Below are positions 9,439-17,462 of a stretch of DNA of 64,000 nt, piece after piece (position 1 is the stretch's first letter; each line of letters opens with the position of its first letter). The notes below the pieces were generated by a model. That model did not search any database, was not told the DNA's origin, and saw only the letters and a list, made by a program, of their open reading frames with translations. A program made the position numbers and the translations under genes. The stretch comes from Longimicrobiales bacterium. GTDB lineage: Bacteria; Gemmatimonadota; Gemmatimonadetes; Longimicrobiales; Gaopeijiaceae. The stretch covers positions 448,001-512,000 of the forward strand of contig CBDAON010000004.1 in the NCBI GenBank assembly GCA_965198065.1, given 5' to 3'.

Positions 9439-11471
9439 AGCCGGCCCTCCTCGCGAAGGCGCCAGTGGCCCGTGCCCCTCGGCAGGTAATGGGGCTTCAG
9501 ATAGACGCGCCGGGCCGGCAGGGACTTCGTGCCGTCGTAGGGCAGGCAGATCGCCTGATAGTTGGCGAGGAGGCTGAAGTCCCGGGGCGTGAAGACCGGC
9601 TCCCTCTGCTGACGGAACGACTTGCTCGCGCCGATCGTGCCGCGTCCGCCGCCTGCGCGCCCGGAGAGCAGCGAGAACTCGGGGCGTCCCGTGGTCTCGG
9701 TGAACGTGTAGGAGGGCTGCGTCTTCAGGACGCTCCCGCACATCTCGGACGCGATCCGCGCCGAGGACTCGTCGGAGAGCGAGAGGAAGATCCGGGTGCG
9801 GAGCGTCTGGACGAGCGTGCGCCAGGCCTCGCCCCCGGGCAGCACGGAGCGGAGCGAGGAGATCGACTGCGTGGCGACGATCGGGATGCAGCGGCACTGC
9901 CGGGTCAGCGCGAACGCCTTCTCGTCGCCCGACGGATCGTCCTGCCCGACGGTGGCGAACGCCTGGTACTCGTCGCAGATGAAGACGGCGGGCCGGAGGT
10001 AGCGGCCGGGCCGGCGGGCGGCCTCGGCGGGCCGCCGCAGGAGCGCCTGCATCCAGGCGTTCTTGAGGAGCACGCCGATGGCGCGGGCGAGCGCGGGGTT
10101 CGCGCCCGCGGGCATGTTCAGCGCGAGGACCCTTCCCTCGTCGATCAGCTCGGCTAGCGGCGGCAGCCTCCGCCGAAGGCCCGGCACGGGCCGGACGGAC
10201 TCGGCGTCCTCGTCCGGCGCGGCACCATACATATGTATGGATTCGTCCGGGTCCGGAGGCGGCGGGCAGAACACGCCGGCGACCTGCGGCTGGTCGAACA
10301 GCGACAGGAAGACACTGATCCCCTCGACGATCGAGGTGCGAAGCTTGGCATCGAGCGCCATCCAGTCATGCAGATACCACCGCTCGATGGCCTCGACCTG
10401 CGCGCCGAACTCGCTCCCCGCGCCGCCCCCGATCTCCTCCGTCTCGTACGCGACGCCGAGTTCGGCGAGTCGCGCTCTGAGTTCCGGGTCGAGCCGGCAG
10501 CTCACGTTCTCGGTGTCGGGCACCCGTTCCCAGGCCCAGTTCTTCAGTGTTTCCGGATGGCCGATCATATCGTCGTGGGAGATGACGGCGCGTACCGGAG
10601 AGAGCCGGGCCGCGAGCTCCCGGGCCTCGCGGATCTTCTCCGCGAAGAGCTCCGCGTCGACCGTGCAGCGGTAGATGTCCTGGAGCGTGACCCAGCCCCC
10701 CGGCAAGAGCCGGTACAGTTCGATGATCCAGCGCACGAGATTTGTATAGGCTTGCTGCCAGAACGGTTCTCGGCTCTTGCCGAAGAGCTGGTTGATGAGG
10801 GAGGCGACGCTGTAGGCGAGCGAGTAGGTGTCGAGCAGCGGATCGTCGAGCGGGTTCCACTGCAACGAGCCGTCGAGCCCGATCTCCAGGTAGTCGCCGC
10901 CGCGCCCGGCCTTCTCGAGGATCCCCCGCACTGCGTGGCAGAAGTCGCCCTTGACCTCGAGCACCAGGGCACTGGCCCGGCGCCCGGCCCGGTCGGCCTG
11001 CCAGGAGAGGAGCTGCTGGGCGAACGGATACATGCAGGCGGTGGTCTTGCCGGAGCCGACGGCGCCGACGATGAGGACGCCGGTGTAGAGCCCCGTCTCG
11101 GGGATGACGAGCCAGGAGGGCCGCTCGCTCTCGCGCGGGACGACGGGATGGTGGAGCTCGCCGATCACCAGCGATGGTGTCTCGTCCTCGGGCGAGGCTG
11201 GCCAGGGTGGCAACGTGCCCCGGCGCCCTCCTCCCGCTCGTGGCTGGAGCCATACTCGCCACACGGAGAGGCAGAGGCTCCCGGCGAGCACGACGGCGAT
11301 GGCGGGCGCCACGTAGTACCAGACGCGGATCGTGGAGTGGAGGCCCGGATCGTGGTAGGCGATCAGGTCTAGCACCGGGTCGCCGCCAGTGCCGGGGAAC
11401 GGTGCCCTGAGGGCGTGTCCGGCGGAGGCGCCCAGCGCAGTGCCGATGACGGCGAGCGTTGCTGGCCTCAT
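9435..11471 (-). CDS. virD4: Type IV coupling protein (VirD4/TraD-like)
   Basis: N-terminal TM segments, GAVGSGKT, LEVKGD, WNPL, ICDEYQ, VATQS. Confidence 0.85.
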   Translation of the reverse strand: MRPATLAVIGTALGASAGHALRAPFPGTGGDPVLDLIAYHDPGLHSTIRVWYYVAPAIAVVLAGSLCLSVWRVWLQPRAGGGRRGTLPPWPASPEDETPSLVIGELHHPVVPRESERPSWLVIPETGLYTGVLIVGAVGSGKTTACMYPFAQQLLSWQADRAGRRASALVLEVKGDFCHAVRGILEKAGRGGDYLEIGLDGSLQWNPLDDPLLDTYSLAYSVASLINQLFGKSREPFWQQAYTNLVRWIIELYRLLPGGWVTLQDIYRCTVDAELFAEKIREARELAARLSPVRAVISHDDMIGHPETLKNWAWERVPDTENVSCRLDPELRARLAELGVAYETEEIGGGAGSEFGAQVEAIERWYLHDWMALDAKLRTSIVEGISVFLSLFDQPQVAGVFCPPPPDPDESIHMYGAAPDEDAESVRPVPGLRRRLPPLAELIDEGRVLALNMPAGANPALARAIGVLLKNAWMQALLRRPAEAARRPGRYLRPAVFICDEYQAFATVGQDDPSGDEKAFALTRQCRCIPIVATQSISSLRSVLPGGEAWRTLVQTLRTRIFLSLSDESSARIASEMCGSVLKTQPSYTFTETTGRPEFSLLSGRAGGGRGTIGASKSFRQQREPVFTPRDFSLLANYQAICLPYDGTKSLPARRVYLKPHYLPRGTGHWRLREEGRL

Positions 11472-11505
11472 CGGTCTAACACCCTTCCTGGAAGGATCGC
11501 TGGAC

Positions 11506-11596
11506 GGGAGCGACCCCGCCGGGGAGGGTGGCATGGGCGTGCACATGCCACCTTCCCCGATGCCGTACTAGGCATCCCGAAGGGGGGGTCGCTCCC
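11506..11596. other. Conserved three-way stem-loop element (candidate oriT or structured RNA)
   Basis: Outer stem GGGAGCGACCCC/GGGGTCGCTCCC enclosing two hairpins; homolog at 37035-37120. Confidence 0.6.
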
Positions 11597-11771
11597 TCCA
11601 CGGCCGCACCCTCCGGAACGGCATCGCCGGTCCTGCGGCCGTGGTGCAACCGCAACGCCGCCAGCGATATGCGGAATCGGCGGCGCGCACATGGAAGCGG
11701 CGTTTTCGTGCACAAGCACCCCGATGTCGATGTGCACGCGCGGCACGCCACCGACGCCCGCCGTCCGGCGG

Positions 11772-12707
11772 TCAAGATCCGCCCCCTGGAAGCCGGCTCG
11801 AACGCCATGTCGTGAACCCGTCGATCGCCGTTCCGGGCCGCGCGGACCGGAGCAGGTCCTTCAGCTCGACGATCCGCTTGAGGCAGGCCTGCAGGTCGCC
11901 ATACTCTTTGAGCACCCGGTCATCCTTCTTGCGGATGGCCTGCTCGATTCGGACGATCTCGCGGCGGGCCGCACTGTCGGGTTCCGGAGCGGCGGAGGGG
12001 CCGGATGCTGTAGATGTGTTGGTCCAGCCCTCGAGGATCGTCAGGGCCCGCTGCAGCTCCCTCACGGTGCGGACGACGGCCACGACCTCGATGGATCGGC
12101 CGCGCTCCCGCAGCGCTTCCCAGAGGCCGCGATGTGCCACGGCCCACGAGCGTAGCGCCGTCGTGGTATCGTGTCCGGGATCGACGTAGACGAACACGGC
12201 GCGCTCGGCTTCGAGCGCGACCGGCAGCTTGAGCGGGAAATAGCGCCGGGTGTTCCCGGCGGCTCCGCGGTAGAGCCGCGAGGGCAGGAGCCGGCGCTCG
12301 ATGCCGAGCGCCTCGAACGCGCCGACCTTCTCCATCTCGGTGGGCAGCCACGACAAGCCGGTGTGCTCGAGCACGTAGTCGAGCGAGAGCAGGCGGCGCA
12401 TGAGCACCTCCTCGGAGGCAGACCTGCGGTGGCGGATGTGCTCGGCGCCGAGCGCGCGGTAGGTCCGCCGGGCGAAGATCCGGCAGACCCTCAGGCCCCC
12501 AAGGATCTCCTCGTCCGCCAGCCGTTGGTCCGACATGGCGCGGACGAACCGGAGCGCCTTCCAGCGGTCGAGGCCGAGATGGGCCGAGAGCTGGGTGCGG
12601 GTGAACACGCCGCTGTGCAGGCAGACGAGCGCGATCCACTCGGCCTGGCGTCCCGTCCAGCCGAGCGGCTCGAGCGCCGCCTCGCGCCCCCGAAGATGGG
12701 CGATCAC
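11772..12707 (-). CDS. Conserved T4SS-associated protein of unknown function (wHTH-like N-terminus)
   Basis: Clean 311-aa ORF coupled to virB8; homolog fragments at about 36565-36830 and 47548-47760. Confidence 0.75.
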   Translation of the reverse strand: MIAHLRGREAALEPLGWTGRQAEWIALVCLHSGVFTRTQLSAHLGLDRWKALRFVRAMSDQRLADEEILGGLRVCRIFARRTYRALGAEHIRHRRSASEEVLMRRLLSLDYVLEHTGLSWLPTEMEKVGAFEALGIERRLLPSRLYRGAAGNTRRYFPLKLPVALEAERAVFVYVDPGHDTTTALRSWAVAHRGLWEALRERGRSIEVVAVVRTVRELQRALTILEGWTNTSTASGPSAAPEPDSAARREIVRIEQAIRKKDDRVLKEYGDLQACLKRIVELKDLLRSARPGTAIDGFTTWRSSRLPGGGS

Positions 12708-13372
12708 CTCGAGTCGTCCGTGACCAGGGCCTGGTCGGCCTGGAGGTAGGTGATGAGGATGCCCATCGGGTTGTAGACGACGAGCTCGGAGGGGATGACG
12801 GTGAGGAAGGTGAACCGGAGCGTGAGCGACCAGCGCTCGCGGCGGATCTCCTGTTCGTCCCTGAGGTGCACGAGATCGAAGTCGGCGGTCGCGCCGTGGG
12901 GTGCCTCCGGTGCGGGGTGGATGCGGAGCACGACCTGCTCGACCTGGTGCTCGGTGTCGGAGGTGCCGGCCGCCATGGCGGCGACCTCGGCGCCGTCCCT
13001 CGTGAACGCGGCGTTCGCCAGCTCGGTCGACAGGAAGCGGAGGCTCCGGGTCCAGTGCTCCTCGACCGTGGCGTGGCGGCGCGAATAGAAGTCGGCGATG
13101 AACCGGTTAAGGAAGTATTTGGTCGTGGGATCGAGCGGATCCGCCTGCGCCGTGGCGGCCTCGTAGGCCACGGCCTCGGCACGGCCGACCTCGTCGACCC
13201 GCACGACGATCGGCCGGGGCGGCTCGACGGTCGCGACCCGGAGCAGGAGCACGCCGAGCGCGAGGCACGCGGCAGCGAGGACGATTGCAAGGGTCCTGAG
13301 CTTCCGGTTAGCCTCGACGGTCTCACCCCAGATCTCCGCGTACTCGCGGCCGGCATCGTGTTCTCGGTTCAT
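12704..13372 (-). CDS. virB8: VirB8/TrbF
   Basis: Single TM, IVVRVDEVG, C-terminal NPMGILIT. Confidence 0.85.
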   Translation of the reverse strand: MNREHDAGREYAEIWGETVEANRKLRTLAIVLAAACLALGVLLLRVATVEPPRPIVVRVDEVGRAEAVAYEAATAQADPLDPTTKYFLNRFIADFYSRRHATVEEHWTRSLRFLSTELANAAFTRDGAEVAAMAAGTSDTEHQVEQVVLRIHPAPEAPHGATADFDLVHLRDEQEIRRERWSLTLRFTFLTVIPSELVVYNPMGILITYLQADQALVTDDSR

Positions 13373-13383
13373 GGATGTCTCCT

Positions 13384-14394
13384 TCAGCCTCCGGGGACTG
13401 GGGGGCGGGCCGGGTTCGCGGCAGCCGTGAGGCGCCCGCCGCCGCGGACCACGAGCGCCATCATGCCCGACCCGACGGATCCGGAGCCGGAGACGAGCAT
13501 CGCGGCGAGCTCGCCCACCTTCATGCCGGCCATCAGGCCGGAGACGACGAGCGGGAGGAGGACGACGACCCAGATCCCGAGCTCGGCGGGGTCGGAGGAG
13601 CCGGTGCCCATCAGGGCGCCGGTATAGGTCGTGACGTAGCCCATGCCCACGCCCATGAACACACGGAGGATGGCTCCGGCCACGACGCCGTAGAGCGTGT
13701 AGACCATGAGCGTGCGGAACCATCCCCAAAACAGGAACGCGAGCGGCTCGAATAGCAGCCAGGGGATGAAGACCGGGCCCAAGAGGATCACGATAGCGAG
13801 CGCCACCTGGGCCCAGATCACCTGCGCGTAGGTCAGGCAGAAGAGTGCGACCAGGCCGAGCACGAGCGGCACGCCCATCATCAGCGCGACGAGGGACGAG
13901 AAGAACACGCTCACGCCCTCGGTCACGACGGTCATCAGGCTCCCGCCCGACCATGCGGCGCCGAGCCGTGCGGCGAACGCCTGGACGAGCGCGGTCATCT
14001 CCGTATAGCCGACGGACACGACGTCGGAGATGAACAGGTTCTGGAGCCAGATCCCTCCGGCCGCGACCATGGCCGGAAAGGTGAAGCCCACGCCCGGGAT
14101 CGGGATGCTGTAGTAATGGAGCAGCGTCCGGGGGATCGCGATCCCGAGCACGACCCGCACGAGGGACCAGGGCTCGAAGGTTCCGCTGTACGCGATCTTG
14201 AGGCCGGTCCAGGCGACGACGATCGCCGCGAGACCGCCCCACAGCTGGTGGCCGAGCGTCAGCACGTCGGGCGCCGCGCCGCCGACCACCGTATCGAGCA
14301 CGACGTCCAGGAACCCCTTGAAGTCCTGGAGCTGATCCGCCGGGATCTGGGCCGGGACGTTCGGATCGATGGACTGGGGGGGAGGAAGCTGCAT
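13384..14394 (-). CDS. virB6: VirB6/TrbL
   Basis: Polytopic membrane protein; LLGPVFIPWLLF...FWGWFR. Confidence 0.85.
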   Translation of the reverse strand: MQLPPPQSIDPNVPAQIPADQLQDFKGFLDVVLDTVVGGAAPDVLTLGHQLWGGLAAIVVAWTGLKIAYSGTFEPWSLVRVVLGIAIPRTLLHYYSIPIPGVGFTFPAMVAAGGIWLQNLFISDVVSVGYTEMTALVQAFAARLGAAWSGGSLMTVVTEGVSVFFSSLVALMMGVPLVLGLVALFCLTYAQVIWAQVALAIVILLGPVFIPWLLFEPLAFLFWGWFRTLMVYTLYGVVAGAILRVFMGVGMGYVTTYTGALMGTGSSDPAELGIWVVVLLPLVVSGLMAGMKVGELAAMLVSGSGSVGSGMMALVVRGGGRLTAAANPARPPVPGG

Positions 14395-14413
14395 GACGGT
14401 CGCTCCCCGGGGC

Positions 14414-15343
14414 CTAAACTTGGCCGCCCATGTAGAACGACGGGACCTTGAAGAGGAGCCCTTCCCGGAGCCGGTCGCGGTTCTGGAACGCGGCCGCCCG
14501 CATCGCATCCGCCATCGCGTTCGTACGGAGGCGCGCGTCCCTCCACTCGGCGAGCCGCTCGAGCCGGTCGATCTCGGCCTGCTGCATCCGGTTCGCCTGC
14601 TCGACGGCCTGATAGGCGAGCACCTGCGCCACGGCGGCGTTGATCCGGCCCTGCGTCAGCGCGGCCGCGACCTGCGCCTGCTGGAGTGCCGTATTCGACA
14701 GGTTCCCATTCGCGGTGAGCTCGTCGAACGAGCTCTGCGCGCTCTCGACGGTCGAGGCGAGCGAGGCCGCGGCGTCCATCATCGCGTAGTCGAGCACGCG
14801 CTGGCGGTCGGCGGCCTCCTTGGCCTGGCGGTAGTCCTCAACCGCGCGGGAGGATGCCTCGGCCGGGCGGTTACGGTAGAGCCCCAAGATGTCCGCCTCG
14901 CTCACCTGGTCGGCCACACCCTGGGCGCTACGCCAGCCGTCGGTGAACGAATCTCCGCTCCCCATGTCACGCACCGCGTCGACCAGCTCGCCGGCCGCTC
15001 CGGTGAACTCGGAGCCCCAGTCGAGGCCGTCGCCGACGAGGCCGATGGATCCGGCCGCCAGCTCCGCGAACGGTTCGATCAGCCCGTCCACCTCGCCCCG
15101 GGCAACCTCCTTCATGTAGTCGAGCTGCTCCTCGAGCTCGGTGAGCTGGCGGGTCATCGTCCGCATCTGGCGGATCTGGTTCGCGATCTGGGTTGCTTGG
15201 TTCACGATCATCTGGGCTCGCTGAATCGCGCCGCCGATGTCGAAGAAGGCGTTGGCCGGCCCTGCGCTCGCGAGCATCAGGATGGAGACCAAGAGGACGG
15301 TGGTAAGGCTGCGGTGACGCATGATGAGCTCCTTTGGTGTCAT
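14414..15343 (-). CDS. VirB5/TrbJ-like protein
   Basis: Signal peptide, Q-rich coiled coil (NQATQIANQIRQ), directly upstream of virB6. Confidence 0.65.
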   Translation of the reverse strand: MTPKELIMRHRSLTTVLLVSILMLASAGPANAFFDIGGAIQRAQMIVNQATQIANQIRQMRTMTRQLTELEEQLDYMKEVARGEVDGLIEPFAELAAGSIGLVGDGLDWGSEFTGAAGELVDAVRDMGSGDSFTDGWRSAQGVADQVSEADILGLYRNRPAEASSRAVEDYRQAKEAADRQRVLDYAMMDAAASLASTVESAQSSFDELTANGNLSNTALQQAQVAAALTQGRINAAVAQVLAYQAVEQANRMQQAEIDRLERLAEWRDARLRTNAMADAMRAAAFQNRDRLREGLLFKVPSFYMGGQV

Positions 15344-16617
15344 TGCCGTGTCCCGGACCTGGGGACCAGGACATCGGACGTGAACCAGATGCGCAGGCGA
15401 TGGCCGGCGCGGATCGTGATCGTGGGTAGCCGGTTCAGGAACCGGTCGAGAACCGAGGTCGCGCTCTGGCCGAGGCCCTGGCCGATGCCAGCCCTCAGGC
15501 CGAACGGCGAACCACCGGCCAAGGCGAGTCCGCTCACGACACCGACGGCTCCGGCGGCCGCGAACGTGCTGAAGTAGTGGCGGTCGACTTGGTCCCGAAG
15601 CGCGCCCTCGCCCGCCTGGTTGAGGCCCGTGAACTCGAGGTCGATCCAGCTGCCGTCGGGCAGCAGCAACCGGTGAAACGCGACCGCGAGCCGGCTCTGG
15701 TCCGGGTCCTGAACGGCCTGGGCCGTGCCGACGACGCGTGCGCCGCGCGGGATCAGGACCCGCTGGCGGTCGGCCGAATAGAACGGGACCGAGACAGTCG
15801 CGAGCACCGGTCCGGGGAAATCGCCCGTGAGCTGAGTGAGGAGCACCCCTTCGAGGAACGAGCCCTCGTAGATCCGCTCCCAGCCCGGCAGGTCGGCAGG
15901 CCGGACGCTACGCCATGGCTCAGCCGTGCCGGGCGCTCGGAGGGAGGCCTGCGGCCCGGACGCGGGCGCCGCCGTAGCGGCGATGCCAGGGGACCCGAGG
16001 AGAAGCTGCTCCGCCGCCAGCTCGCCCTCGAGCGCCCCGAGCGACTGCTCGAAGGAGGCGAGAGCCGCTTGGACCGTGTTCTCGAGGACCGCCACACCCG
16101 CGTCGGCCGCATCGCCGGTGCCGGCTTCGGACGACTCCGCGGTCGCGTTCGGATCCCTGTACGACTGAGCCACGGGAAGGGCACGGAGCGAGCGGGTTCT
16201 TCGCTCCAACTCCTCCAGCCGAAGCGCCTCCCTAAGCTCCGACTCGGCCGCGCTCACGCCTGGGATCAAGGCTGCGGTGTTCGGCGTCTCCGACTCGGTC
16301 TGGAGCCGAGCCATCTCCTCGGCGGCCGCGGCCTGCCGGCGCTCGAGCTCGGCCCGCGCCCGGGCGGCGGCCTCCAGGGTCTGCCGCTCGGCCTCCTGGC
16401 GAATGCGGTCTTGGAGCGACCTCCCCATCCCGTCGTCGACGGCCCGGGCCTCGGGCAAGGCCCCGAGAGCGGTCGCATCTTCCTCGGGACCCGTCACCGC
16501 CCAGGAGAACAGGAGTCCGCCGACGAGCACCGCGATCAGCACCACGCCGGCCTTGGTGACGATCCCCCCCGGCAGCGCGCCTTCGGGCGGCCGGACCCAC
16601 TGCTTCCAGCGGCTCAT
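15340..16617 (-). CDS. virB10: VirB10/TrbI
   Basis: LIPRGARVVG, G.GALRDQVDRHY, PTITIRAG. Confidence 0.9.
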   Translation of the reverse strand: MSRWKQWVRPPEGALPGGIVTKAGVVLIAVLVGGLLFSWAVTGPEEDATALGALPEARAVDDGMGRSLQDRIRQEAERQTLEAAARARAELERRQAAAAEEMARLQTESETPNTAALIPGVSAAESELREALRLEELERRTRSLRALPVAQSYRDPNATAESSEAGTGDAADAGVAVLENTVQAALASFEQSLGALEGELAAEQLLLGSPGIAATAAPASGPQASLRAPGTAEPWRSVRPADLPGWERIYEGSFLEGVLLTQLTGDFPGPVLATVSVPFYSADRQRVLIPRGARVVGTAQAVQDPDQSRLAVAFHRLLLPDGSWIDLEFTGLNQAGEGALRDQVDRHYFSTFAAAGAVGVVSGLALAGGSPFGLRAGIGQGLGQSATSVLDRFLNRLPTITIRAGHRLRIWFTSDVLVPRSGTRQ

Positions 16618-17456
16618 CGGAGTCCTTCCCGTGGCGTGAACCGCCAAGCGGCCCGCTTGTCGCCGATCTGGAGCCACCCGTCGCCCAACACGTGTCGGGT
16701 GATGTAGAGGCCGTCCTCCGTCAGGTCGTAGGCCACGAGCGCCGGCTCGCCGTCCCGGAGCTCATAGAGGGCCGGCGACTCCTGGGCATGCGAGCGGAGG
16801 TAGGTGAACTGCCCGTCGTGCCACATCGCTTCGACCAGGAACGGCCGGTCGGCCGCGTCCCCGTCCAGGCGGTACTCGAACGCGAGACGCTCTGGATAGC
16901 CGGCTCGGAACGCTTCGATCTCCGATGCCGCGCGCGACTCGGCTTCTTCCTGGGTCCTCCTGGCCGCCTCCGCCGCCTCGGCGGCCATCTGCTGGTAGGC
17001 CGCGACCTCGCTCCGCGCGACGAACGCGGGACGGCCGCTGCCGCCGCTGGACACCCCCGTCTTCTCCGTGCCGGACTCGACACGGACGACCAGATGGGGT
17101 GGCCCGTCGCTCTGCTCAGCCACCAGGAACGAGTAAATCCGGCCGGACTCGCAGACGAGCGCGATGTTCGTCGCCGCATCTTGAGAGAGAGGCTTCAGGA
17201 ACGCGACGTTCGCCGCGCCGGTCAGGTGCCAGTACTCCGAGTCGCCGACCACGAAGTCGAGGATGTTCTCCCCGGCGGGGAGCACGATGACCGTCGTGTG
17301 ACGGACTTGGGTCCGCAGCCGGTGGATCCGATCCTCGCCCTCCTCCGGGACCGGCACTCGGAGGAAGGCGTCGTCGTCCTGCTGCGCGACGGCCCCGGCG
17401 GGGAGGGCAGCCAAGAGAAGCGCGGTTAGAACGAGGGGTGTAGTCGGGGATCGCAT
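16614..17456 (-). CDS. virB9: VirB9/TrbG
   Basis: Signal peptide, TVIVLPAGE..VGDS, FLKP, TN, HDGQFTY. Confidence 0.88.
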   Translation of the reverse strand: MRSPTTPLVLTALLLAALPAGAVAQQDDDAFLRVPVPEEGEDRIHRLRTQVRHTTVIVLPAGENILDFVVGDSEYWHLTGAANVAFLKPLSQDAATNIALVCESGRIYSFLVAEQSDGPPHLVVRVESGTEKTGVSSGGSGRPAFVARSEVAAYQQMAAEAAEAARRTQEEAESRAASEIEAFRAGYPERLAFEYRLDGDAADRPFLVEAMWHDGQFTYLRSHAQESPALYELRDGEPALVAYDLTEDGLYITRHVLGDGWLQIGDKRAAWRFTPREGLR

Positions 17457-17462
17457 GGCGTA

